A DNA stretch of 64,000 nt from contig NMRA01000082.1 in NCBI GenBank assembly GCA_002633005.1, positions 472,576 through 536,575 of the forward strand. Direction: 5' to 3'. The translations under genes and the position numbers were made by a program. This DNA comes from Phoronis australis. Taxonomy: Eukaryota; Animalia; Phoronida. The notes below the pieces were generated by a model that was not told where the DNA came from, made no database searches, and saw only the letters and a program-made list of their open reading frames with translations. Below are positions 33,189 through 45,328 of the stretch, one piece after another. Position 1 is the stretch's first letter; each line of letters opens with the position of its first letter.

Positions 33189-36100
33189 ATGATGGATGTC
33201 GTGACCTTTCATGGAGTCAAACCAAGCGAGTTCCTGAACTTGCCTAGCAATGACTCTGATGTCAACTGTCGTTCGGACGACAATTCTGTTACCATGGTAA
33301 CGCAGAACTCCAGTCCCTTTACAGAAGGTTTCCACGACTTGGGCTTGACTGGATATACCGGAGGTCCCATTGAAACCAGTGTTGTGGACTTCATTTCTGA
33401 GAGATCACTTGGAGACAATATCGGTAGCTGTGATGACCATCTTAGTGCATACAATAACTCTGCTGGTGCTTCGAATTCCGCTGCACATTTGGAAAATTGT
33501 CATGGCTCTAGAGAACTGTTGGAGAGCTTGAGTGCACATGATAGTGTTAATGTCTCTAGCTTGCTCTCATCCTGTGACATGAAGATGTTGGTGACATTCG
33601 TAAACAACCAAGCAACATTTGTGTCGGAGCGTATCATCTATTTAGCCAAAGTTGGAACCACAGTCGAACCGGCGGACAAATTTTTTCTTATACCTCTAAA
33701 ATGCCTTAAGGAGCTGAACAATGTTAATGAACTTGTGCCTCAAAAGTTAGATATTAATACGTGTCAGTCCAGTCGGACATCTGGTGGTAATACTGAGGAC
33801 ACTATGAATGTCAACGATGACGGAGGTGATTCTATGTCCATTGGTTCTTCAGTGGTCAATTCTGTCGATGATGTCGGTAGTGACGTCATTGATGTCAGAG
33901 CTGAAAAAACAATCGAAGATTGCTCAAAAAGTGTTAGTTGTATGGCTCAGGAAGAGACTATGGACAAAGTCCCTGTGATAACATTTCAGAAAAAAAGGAC
34001 ACCTGGACAGGTAGAAAATGAAAACGTTTTAGTGGACAGTAGTAACTCATTAGTTTTTGAGTCATGTGATGTGAACTCTGTTGTCTGTGAAGAGGAAAAC
34101 GAAGACGGTTTGAATCAACAAACTTACACCTCAAATTCTGTGGAACCCTTTCACAGATCTATCTCGAGTGCAGCGTATCAGTTGTCGTTGCTAAGTAATG
34201 AATCTCTGGAACAACTTTCTATGGAGGAACGTGTGCGAGTCGTGTCAAAGATGGCTGACAGCATGCACTCGGTAGCAAACAAGAGGTGGAGTTGTTGTTT
34301 GTGTGAAAAGTCGTACACAACGAAGCACAACCTTGTCGTACACGTGCTCGGACATTTTAACATTCGCCCGCACAGCTGCTCACATTGCGGTAAGCTCTTC
34401 AAACAGGTCAGTCATCTCAGGGTACATGTGCGGACGCACAACCAAACGAGACCGTACAAGTGCGCCCTCTGTGAGAAGGCATACAATCAGAGCACGCACC
34501 TCAAACGTCATATGACTGTGCATTCTAACGGTTCGGACAGGCACCGCTGCGAACGGTGTAGGAAATGTTTCGAAAGTAGCGACTGTCTGAATAAACATGA
34601 GTGTGGTAGTGATGAGGAGGCTGGAAAACAAGAAGTGGACAACAAGTGTGAGGTATCGTTATACAAATAATTCACCTTGTGATTGCACAGAGTTGAGAGG
34701 ATGCTGAGCCCTGTTCTAAAATTGTAATTGCTGGGTATCCTCGTTCTGTCCACCCCTAATGTACCATTGATGTCTCACCTGAGTGACAAAAGCAGCATTC
34801 AGCTAAATCCACTTAGTCACTTTTATGAAACAGCCTGCTGGTGTTGGAGGCTGATGTAGACAGTACCACCACTTGAACAGGACCAGCGCACTGGCACAGG
34901 CGATAGCCATTCCACAGGGTCTCTATACACTGGAATATGTTTGGCAATTTGTGGTTCACACTCACTAAACCATCAAAGTCGTATTGNAGCATTTAACGCT
35001 GCAGGTAAGAGCATAATCTAAACATTTTCCCGATGATCTAAAAAATCTATTTTGGCACGTTAAAATGGCGGGAAAATTTTGCGACCTGGCATTTACGAAT
35101 GCGAGCTGGATTTTGAAAATGCGACCTGGGATTTTGGCTAGGTCGCAAAATGCGACCTGGCGATTTTAATAGCGTCGAGCCCTGGTACCACCACTTGAAC
35201 AGGGCCAGCGCACTGGCACAGGCGATAGCCATTCCACAGGGTCTCTATACACTGGAATATGTTTGGCAATTTGTGGTTCACACTCACTAAACCATCAAAG
35301 TCGTATTGCTATATGCACCGTTTGAGCATTGAGGGACACCTTAATTGGTCGGTGTTGTCTTTAACTTTTCCCAGCTCAAACAAATATTCTTACAATCGTT
35401 CCATCAACACAATTGAAGGCTTATGTTCTGCCAGTGTGCTCTATATGTCAAAGTGAAGCATGCAAAGTGTTATGGTTAGGCCAGCGATGCCTGACTGCTA
35501 GTCATGCTGAGAGGTGGTAGCACATATAAGGGACCTGTCGAATTCTGATAATTGACCTATTGCAAGCTCCGCTCTCTTGCCTAATGTCGACTAACAAACA
35601 ATAAGTTTTACCCGGCAACATGTTTTTTGTCGGGTAAAATGGCGGCTTGGAAAGGAAGGTGTGTCAAGAATGATCAGTTCTAAATGGTCAGTTAATCCGT
35701 CACTCAAAATCCTGGCGATAGGTCAATTGTTAAATGCTCTTGTTCTTGTAGGAAACGACCGTAAACTCTGATCGTCGTTGCCCTGAGTGTGGCCAGGAGT
35801 TTCCTTATCCATCCTTGCTGAGGGACCACATGGCAGTGCATACTGGCAACAGGCCTCACATCTGTCATGAGTGTGGAATGGAGTTTAGAAAGGTACTGAT
35901 TGACATTTGGATTTTGCACCTGGTTGTACCCACTGAGATGAATTTAAAATCTTATCTATAGTCGACTGGCTGTATTTTGCAGTATTTTGCCGTGGACGCA
36001 TAAGTTTAAGCAGCAACATGATGAAATTTAATTTTATGAAGAAGGTTTAAGATAAAATTTGATGGAATTACGGTATCCTTTTTGTTCAATGTAAAATGTT

Positions 36101-39100
36101 TAAATTTATTGATTACTGCAACTAGATCAAGTGAATTTCAGAAAGAAGGTTACTTGTAATTTTTCTGCCAACCACATTGGTGGAAAACAAAACCGGTAAA
36201 CATCAACACTTTAATTAGAGCAGTCTCCTACTCCCTGTTGCAGAATGTACACGCATGATGTAATTGTGTTTTATAAGTCTGAATAAACCTTCTATATCTC
36301 AAAAAAAGGTACTAACAAAAGCATAATGGAATGCATGCTACTCATCCAGTTGCGGCATAATGCAGATCAAAATAAATCAATTTCTGGACTGTATACTGTT
36401 GATGATGCAGCGTCCTCATCTCTGAGAGTGCCACAGTTCGAGTGAGGCCGAAGGGATTAGGTGTCGGACTTGGGGGGATTGTTGTCACGTGGCTTCTGAC
36501 GCATTTTCTCTAGTTGGTTTCGTAATACGCTTTACTACACGGCTCATAGATTCAGGGGTTGGAATTTTCCGCGGAAACGCGGATTTCCGCTTTTTTGAAA
36601 TGTGCTTTCCGCTTTTTTTATAATATTTCTGCGTAAAAAATCGGATTTGATATGAAATTTCCGCGGTAAATTCCTTTCTTACCGCGGCGTTGCAGACGAC
36701 GTTCACCTCGGAAAGCGGAAGTTGCTCGTTATGTTTCGGAGGAACGTAAATTGTCAACATTGCCGGGGCATCTGGGTAAAGCGTGGTGTGATTTTCAATG
36801 GCGGCTCGTGTTATTGTTAAGCGCGGCGACAAATACTACCGCTCTGCAGCCAAATTTGTGTGGGTTGGGAGTGGACGGGCGAGCGAAAAGGACGCAGACG
36901 CATGCTACTGATGGTGGTAACGTTCCTTTTTTTAGTCCTCCTGATTTTTGTCACGGAAAGGTTCACATTGACCATTTCAAAGGCTGGTTATTGGGCATGA
37001 TTTGGGCCGTAAAAGTTTCCGCGTTTTTTGTCATTGGTCATTCCAAGCCCTGTAGATTATGTCTCAGTCCTCCGGCTCAATTCTCTTGTGAATCGCCTCT
37101 CTCACACCACCAGAAAACCAAGAAGTTGTCACAATCCATGTGACATCAATCCTTGCCAAGGCTGACACGCCAGCACTTCGGCTTCAGTCGATCTGTAGAA
37201 GTCTCCGAGATGGGGATGCTACGTCATCATTAGTGTACAGTAAGTCCAGAAATTGTTTTATTGTGATTTGCAGTACTAACAAAAGCAATTTGTTGAACAT
37301 GGTTTGTGGGTTGTTTGCCTTTAAGAATGTTTAAATTAAGACATGAGGATTATTTAACAAAAGGTATACGAACCATAGTTTTGCTTATTGTGGCTTAGTG
37401 ATCTCGAATTGCCTTTTTTGGAAATTACAGGTTCTACGGTAGTAAGTTAAAGTAGTAATGAAACTGACACAATCAAAAGTAAGATCACAAATTTGTTTGC
37501 TACCATGACTCCTGGCAAAATTTAGTTTTTAAATCACTGCATCTTGTTTACTATTGAGGAATGTGCCCCACGAATGGTACCAGTTCATGTGTAGAGGGCG
37601 CTCTGAGCTAAGTATGAAGTGAATGAAGTCTGGAATGTTTTTAATTCATGGACATTTTGAGACATTGGAATGTTTGTGTAAGTCATTTGAATATCCCACT
37701 GCCAACAGTGGCAACTTGATGCACTGAATTGAAAATTGTCTGTTGCAGATGTCTTTGTTCTGAAAATTAAACTCGGAAGGTCAGAAGTTGATGCCCACTT
37801 TGGGAAGTTAATTATTTTATTGCCACTAAAAATGTCATATAGTAGGCCTATTCTGGTGAACTAGTAAAGCTCTATTGTTGCTTAGTAATTTATTATTCAG
37901 TTGGTTAATAAATTAATGAACTCCCTCCGCTTCTAGCCACACCACCTGCGTGCACACCAACTAACTCACTCCACCGTCAGACCACACACGTGCTTTGTCT
38001 GTGGACGCGGCTTCACACTCAAGTCAAACATGGAACGCCACCTGTTGACGCACAACCCGCGTCGCCAGTTCAAGTGCGATGAGTGCGGCAGGCGATTCAA
38101 CCAAAAGCAGACGTTACAGGAGCACCTGTTGACTCACAGCCAGCTGAAGCCTTTTCATTGTCACGTGTGCGGTGAGTTTGCCCCATCTGCTAGATATGGA
38201 CGTCAAATTAACATTACCGTTGATGCCCGAGACACAATCTCTCTAAGCAAACTGTGCCTTATGCATGAGACTTCAGACACACCGTAACGCAACTTACTCA
38301 AAAGTTGATGGACATTTACAGAAACAAATCCTGACTTGCATGTCAAAAACTGTGGATTGTGATTTAGTGTTTTCTACATTCAATGAACATTGTGGCATTG
38401 TCCAATCAGTGATGGCGATTTTGAACTAGAACAGTTTCGAGCTTGCCAGTGAAACACTAGCGTTAGATTTAATTGTGATTTTGCAACACTACTGAGCACA
38501 GGGCCAAATCTGTGAACTCGAAACTTGATTTGAAAGTGGACCAGGTGAATTTACAAATTTTTCTCGAATCTTGCCACATGAATGGGTAAGTTTTGAGTCT
38601 GAGTATTAGTAGAATCCAAGTTAAACTTAAGCCTAGGTTTAAATTGAGTCTGCACCCAGCAGGTGTGTGAATCACTAACCAAAGAAGTTATGTGACATGA
38701 AACTATTACATATGTTGCAAGGATTGGGGCACCGTAGGTGAAAATTTGGCAGCAAAATTCAACTTTCACAGTTTTTTGTCAAGTTGAGTGCCACACACTA
38801 GGTGTCTGTGTCAAACAACTCGCTGGTTACATTGTAGCCCACTCATGCATTCAGGCGAATTTTCAGCAGATGCCACATATACTGCAAAATGTTTGCCCGG
38901 TGCGCAATACTGAGAAATGATGATATGCCTCCGTGTTTCTTTGTGACCTGTCTTCACTGACACTCATGCCATGGTAATGGATCGCGACTATCTTCTAAAA
39001 ATAACACTATCACTAATGTTTCTCCATTTTTAATTTTTTTTTCACAATAGTGTGCACTAAATTTCTGTGCAGCCCAAACGACATCGTAGGTGAGGTCTAA

Positions 39101-41335
39101 TTTAATTACTGCTTTGTTGGTCTCATTTGTGCCACTGCTGCATACTACACAATGTTCATTGCTTCTGTATCCGAGGGACCTGTGCGCATAGTAGGGCACG
39201 CGGCAGATGTAGTGACCTTTAAGAATAACTGTCTAGTTAAACAAGGATTCGGCTCAAATTAATATCAAAGCCTCTGTTTCAGATGATATCGAAGATAGCC
39301 TTGTTTGAAAATGATGAAACTAAATACTGGTGATTCTCTCTTCTAGTATGAAAGTGACACACAATGGATAATGGCTTAAAAAATTATTTTTACTCACCTG
39401 TAACGGTGAATGTGTCTGTCAGAAATCAGTGAGATTTTACTGAGAGTTATGGCACTTAGCTCTTGAAATAAGGTTGCAGAGTTGCGCAAATTCACGTCAT
39501 TGTTGATTTTTGCTCACTCTGTAACTGGACTTTACTTATATTGACAGGAAGGTCATTCAATCGGTCACACAATCTTCAGGCTCACCTCAGTTTACATTCC
39601 ATGAGTAAAAAGTATGTCTGCTTCTGTGGCTGTTCCTTTACTTTGAAAGGTGAGTTTTGTTCTTTATTTGTGATTAGGTTAGTTGTTGAGGGGACATTTA
39701 TTAATTTTCCTGCTGAAAAAATGCATTTTTGGGATTATTATGCTCCCACATAATTGTTTATTTGTGGGTGCATATTGTAATTGTTTATTTGTGGGTGCAT
39801 ATTGCTGTCATCTCTGTCGGGGCATCCGGTGTTTGGCATGCGCAGGTGTATCTCCTAAACCCCTGCATTATCTTGATAAGATTTGACAGATGTGCTCCTA
39901 TGACGACGACTACTGGTGGGCCCCCTAATGACAATTTTAAATTTTTGCGTTTACCTCTGTCAGTATCTTAAAAGGTCCTCAATGGATTTTCATGGAACTT
40001 GGCAAAATTGCGCCACCTAGTGGCCCTTTTTACTGTTTTCGGCATGTATGCTCCAGCTGTGAGGGTGGCTGAAGGTGATTTTTCGACTATGGTGCCTCTT
40101 AGTGGCATTTTGTTTGTGTGTCCACATTCTGTATCTCCTAAATCCACTGCAGGAGCTTTATGAATGTTAACAAGTGTAATTATATGAAGTTAACAACAGA
40201 CGAAAAGGACATGTCCAATGATGGCAGTGCCTCCTAATGGCAATTTCTTTTTTTTCCCCGTTTTCCTCAGTTTGCTTTTCTGATTAGTTCGTTGATGTAT
40301 ATCTATAAAACTTAATAAATAGCTTTCTATTAAAGAAATGATGCCATATTCCTGGATGGATTTGAGATCTTTTGCGTCATCTAGTGGCCATTTTTACTGT
40401 TTTCGAGTCTGCCTTGATGATTGTGAAAATTGGCATATGTTCCTTAGTGTGAAGAGAACAGTTGACGGTGATTTTCTGACTGTGAGGACACCTAGTGGTA
40501 GTTTTTTTTTTGCTTCTATAGCCGTATCTCCTAAATCCACTGCAGGAGCCGTTAAATTTATTAGGTGTATTTATATGAGGTTGACAATGGACGATGACTT
40601 TCATACAGATCCAGTGAACGCTGTGCCACCTAGTGGCAATTTCGTTTTTTCTCTGTTTTCCTGTGTTTCTCTGATATTCCTCTCCAGATTTTTGTGAAAT
40701 TTGATAAATATCTTTCCATTAAAGAAACACTGACATGCTCCCGGTTTTGAACGGATTCAACATATTTTGCGCCATCTAGTGGCCATTTTAGGACACAAAT
40801 AAGCACGTGCACTGTTTGTGGTTATGTTGTCGGCGCATTTCAATGCTCCGCATTGCTCTTGTTGTTTGATACGATAGACTTCGTGAAGTTATTGGGTTTG
40901 ACCAACAAAATCCATTGTATTTTTATGATTATTTACAAATACCCTTGAACCGTCCTTCTTGAACGTGGAAGAAATATCCAAACACTACATAGATCATCAT
41001 TGTGAAGACTTTCAAACTGACAAACACTCCTTCTTAGAGCTTCCTTGATGTGAAATTCAGGCTGCTTGTTCTGTGTTTCTTACAATGAGTGAGGTATCCG
41101 ACACAATGTTTCACCAGGTAACCTGAACAGGCACCAGAAGAATGTTCACAAGATGAGCAAGTTCACGTGCACATCGGAGTATAGTGCAGAAGAGGCAGCG
41201 CGAGTCCTCAACTTGATGTCGCAGCAAACTGTAGCAGGGAAGGGTGACGAGCATGGCGATGACTCTAACCAGGGAGATAACTCAGATTCAGGTTCACCCG
41301 AAGGCCAAATTGAAAATCTTGCTGATGCCTCGTGA
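33189..41335 (+). CDS. ZNF710: C2H2 zinc finger transcription factor, ZNF710/ZNF366 family, ~719 aa
   Basis: Exons 33189-34652, 35752-35892, 37937-38171, 39548-39649 and 41118-41335 (2160 nt, phases consistent). Fingers KRWSCCLCEKSYTTKHNLVVHVLGH, CGKLFKQVSHL, CGMEFRKPHHL, FTLKSNMERH, QKQTL, SFNRSHNL and FTLKGNLNRH follow in order the recalled ZNF710 array (KRWQCRMCEKSYTSKYNLVTHILGH..CGMEFSQIHHL..FTLQANMKRH..QKQTL..SFNRMYNL..LKGNLSRH). The start codon is uncertain because an acceptor lies at 33175. Confidence 0.88.
34863..35308 (+). repeat. 124-bp direct duplication (34863-34986 and 35185-35308) around a single N and a transposon end (..gtcgagccctg); likely allelic contig overlap
   Basis: The copies differ at one position seen. 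The n at 34987 is followed by a hAT-like right end with tgcgacctgg subterminal repeats. Confidence 0.7.
36324..37272 (+). mobile_element. old LINE-like (RTE?) insertion bounded by a 15-bp direct repeat
   Basis: gtactaacaaaagca at 36309-36323 and 37273-37287. Internal LYTVDDAA resembles the RT LFADDAA motif. Confidence 0.45.
36553..37052 (+). mobile_element. MITE, TIR CAGGG(C/G)TTGGAA, 6-bp TSD TAGATT
   Basis: tagatt|caggggttggaa ... ttccaagccctg|tagatt; third copy of the family. Confidence 0.92.
39735..40863 (+). mobile_element. Helentron-associated interspersed element (HINE/DINE-1-like) with internal tandem repeats
   Basis: The 5' end ttattatgctccc forms a hairpin with gggtgcata. Internal repeat gtatctcctaaa occurs at ~39847, 40130 and 40524. 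The 3' end has cggcgcat, hairpin caatgc-tcc-gcattg and terminal cttgtt. Confidence 0.65.
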
Positions 41336-42334
41336 TGTTATGTCTGCTCATTTCATCCAATGTTGGATCCTGAAGGTGGCACTTATAATTTGTGCTTGTT
41401 TATTTACTTGTAAGCAACTGTCAACTGTTTGTTGAATGTTGGGACTGAATGATAAATTCGGAGGATATTGCTTTATTCTTAGTTGCTACCTCAACCGTAT
41501 CAGATAAACCTGGTTATTGAAACAAATATATCTCAAATCTTTCCATATCACCATTCAGAATGATTTAGTTGTGACAGGATTTACCATCCTGTCCAAAACT
41601 GTACTGATAGAAAGCGATAGTCACTGACATGTAAATAGTTATTTGCCATGCAGGTCATTGATTACACCACCAACTACAGAATTTTCTCATGTAAAGCAGA
41701 CGTGTCATGAAGTTACAGACATGTAGTGCCATCTTTAAACAAGTTACAGAACTAAAATTGCATTTTTAGCAGTCATTCTCACTAGTCGGTGTAGTGACTT
41801 CATATTACAAGGACGATTCAACCCCTTTACAGCTTCGTCTATTTAATATTTCATGTCACTCCGTGAGGGTTCGCCATATGCACCTGGAGACCTTGAAATT
41901 TGTTTACAAGTTTTGTAACATTTTCGAGCTTCTAGTAACCAAGCCATTGTCTACTGTTAGCTCTCTTCTTGCGTATTGCATTCCTTCGATTGTTTTCACG
42001 AGTTATGGCACCAAATGAATTGATAACGAAAAAAGCAATAAATGAGACCAATATAAGGCGTTTCCATTTATTTTTTCCAACAATCAACTGCTGTTCATAC
42101 TGACACACGATTCCTAGCGCCGCCAGACGGCGAGTATACAAAGCAATGGGTAATCTCCAACTCAAGTTTGGAAAATATAAAAGGGCATTTTGAAGGTTTT
42201 GGGTGGTCTCAGAGTTTGAGAACCAGTTTGATGCTTCTTATTCATTAGAGGAATGTGGTTCACAAAATGCGGGACCCTTGTAAGTGACTATCACCTCTTG
42301 AAAAGATGTTACTGTTTTGACAAAATTAGTTTGT

Positions 42335-42563
42335 CATGCGCGCACCCAGGGGAGGGGGGGGGGCGGCTCGAATGAGTGGGCAAAAAGGTCCGGCCCTGAG
42401 AGACAAAATGTCCGAGGAAATGGGACATAAGTCCAGAAAATAAGCGCATACAAGCAATTCACAGTGGTGCTCCCGTTTTTTTTGTCCGCCCGCTCTTTTG
42501 TTAGCAAAAGGTCTATAACATCAGGAATTCGAGCCCCCCATTTTGACGCTGGGTGCGCGCATG
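42335..42563. mobile_element. MITE, 15-bp TIR CATGCGCGCACCCAG, 5-bp TSD TTTGT
   Basis: tttgt|catgcgcgcacccag ... ctgggtgcgcgcatg|tttgt. Confidence 0.88.
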
Positions 42564-43239
42564 TTTGTGATAGTGAAATTACGATTTATTGTCGATCTTA
42601 AAGGGGTGAAATTACATTTAGTTGGTGCATGCTTCTAGCTGCGCTGAATCATTCTATTGAAACGAGACTTTTCACTCAATCTGTGGTGTTGCCGTGATGA
42701 TGTTCGCGTGTTTTCAGTTAAATTTCAATTGTGGGACCATGGAATGTCAGCTACTTTTGGAGGGACAAGGTTTGTACGGCGTCTCAAAGTGAACAGTGCG
42801 ATAATGAAATTAGTCTTGATGAGAACTGCAACTGAGTTTTTTGTTTTTACAAAATGTCGAATGATTTCACTACAGCTATCTTGGCTTCTGAACCAGATTT
42901 GCTTCTGCGTAAACCTTGTGTTATTTGTTGCGCTAGAAGTTTTAAAAATACACTGGGCTGGTATTTTCCGACAACAGGCTAGTACACCGATGGTGATACA
43001 TGACCGCTAGGAAAACCCTGTTTACAAAAAAAAAAATGTTAAAAAGAAATTCAAAATCGTTGTGCGTGTTGTTGACATTGTTCACGTTGTCTATTGTATG
43101 TCACCATGTAGTCTCCTGCGCGATTTTATTTTACATCCATCTACATGTACATGCACTCAACAGTCTGTAGCACACTCTTGACATAGAGCGCATCACTGGA
43201 AACGGGGGGGGGGGGGGATNNNNNNNTAATATATTTTAG

Positions 43240-45120
43240 TACCGACGCTCATCGTTTTAGTTTTACTAGTTTAACAATCTTTGTACTACATTAAAATGGA
43301 AATATAAGTGTTCGCCATTCTGCTCTTGATTATAACAAATTTCATATATAGCAAAGAGTTAGTATACATCTTGTTATGCAACAACATATACTTAAAAATA
43401 TTTAATTCATGGATCGAGAGGAAGTTTTCTAGATAAAATAATATCTATTGAATAAAATCTCATGATTTGAGAATCTCTTAATTTATATTTTGCCTTGAGC
43501 ATTTCCCACGATAGCAGTATATTTTTAGCTTCAAGAAAGTCATTGATGAATAATAACCCATTATTAGCAACATTTTTATAATGTAGTGATTTGGTATTAA
43601 GTGTTATATCTCCGCTATGCCATAAAATCTGGTCACAAACAGGCACATCTTTAAAAATATGATTCAACTGCTCAATCACCGGCACGACTTCTTTGTACAA
43701 ATCATCAGTTACCGTTCTTAACAGATTGTTCACTTTACCATTACATGGCCACAGCAGCTGACCCCCATAGCTTTAGAGGATTTGTTGTAGATAAAACTTC
43801 CAGCTTCCACATTCAGGAGACTGAAGTCTTTTAACCCAGTTGACTAAAAGGCCTCCTTTATAAGGCTCATATCGGGAACTTTTAAACCACCATCTTCATA
43901 AGAAGCAATTTCAACTCTTTTCTTTATTTTAGATTGTTTTCCTCCCCAAATAAAGTCATCAAAATTGTGTCGATTTGTTTACACAAATCACTTACCAATC
44001 CAAGGACCGACATGTGAATCAATTTGGATAACGCAACAGTTTTAGCTAAGACAATTCTTCCTTTGATTGTTAATTTTGTTGTTTTCCAAATTTTTAAAAC
44101 CCCTAAGTTTCGGATTTTTTCTTCAAATTTTTAGCTATTTTTCATTTTCGTATTTTCCCGAAATAAACGCCCAGGCATTTAATATTTCTTTTTGGACAAT
44201 TTATGTCATACATTTTCTTAAGCTCAGGCTGGTGGCCTAAAAGCACTCCTTCATATTTTCGCTTTTTTAATTCAAGACCCAGACACGTCACCAAATTTTC
44301 TGAGATATTCAAAGCATTCTGTTCCAGGTTTTAAGACTTCACAGCCTTCAATACACAAACCTTTAATTGAGAAAAGCTCATTTCAAATGAGAAGGTGTTC
44401 TTTGATTAAGAAATTATTTCTGTTGTAATGGCTCATGAACTCCACACATAGTATAAAAAGTTGATTACTCAAGGGACCCCCTTGGCGAAGGCCTCTCTTG
44501 ACCTTAAAAATCGCAAGTAAATCTATTCTTTTGAACACAAGACACAATATCGTTACAAATAATTTTTATCAGTTGAATAAATTTGGGACCAAATTTAAAG
44601 GCCAAAGAAAGGACCAATTTAAACTGAAATACGCTTTCGTAAAAGCGAATAATGTTATTTGTCTGTTAAGAATGTTATTTGTATAACACGATATTTTGTC
44701 CGGTATTTATCTAATGTTTTGACCGATAAATCGTTTGGTGTGGATGAAGAAACTTATGGATATACTTGTTTAGCCTGTTGGCAATACACTTCTGAATAAT
44801 TTGTAGTCATAATTCAAAAACGAAATGGGTAGCCAATTTTCAAGTGTTTTTAATTCGTCTATATTTGTACTTTTGAGGATAAGTGTAATAACATTTTGTA
44901 TTTGGGAGGTTAAACATTTTCCTGTTTTAAAATTAAAAGACATTCCAGAAGGTACTGTTTAATAGGGTCCCAAAATGTTTTGTAAAATTCGTACCCTAAA
45001 CCGTCATTGCCTGGTGTTTGGTTGTTTTAGGATTATTTTAAAGCTTCATAGACTTCGTCATGTGCGGTTTCTCGTTCTGATAATAAGGACTGGTGATATG
45101 TCAATACCTTATCACTAAGC
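43240..45120 (-). mobile_element. decayed L1/Tx1-clade LINE ORF2 (reverse transcriptase) fragment
   Basis: Minus-strand motifs KTPGNDGLGYEFYKTFW, NWLPISFLNYDYKL, RFIGQNIR, RGLRQGGPLS and YEDGGLKVPD, broken by stops and frameshifts. Confidence 0.8.
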
Positions 45121-45328
45121 AGAGTGAATACATCAGGGAAATCTATGTCCTGATAGACGGTCACGAAATCATTTAGGATTATCTGGTTTAAGGACAATAG
45201 AGTAATGAGCCAGTTGCACCCGAGGCGAGCGATTGTTACTATCTAAAACCGATTAACCTTTTGGCTTCCCAAGTTGCAGTCCCTCGTTCCAGTTGATCAT
45301 TCCTGTGAAACGTGATTGGCACCCCGTC

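Noticed and set aside
33209-34753. Antisense and alternate-frame ORFs over the large ZNF exon
   Set aside because: Shadows of the real coding frame with no independent signals.
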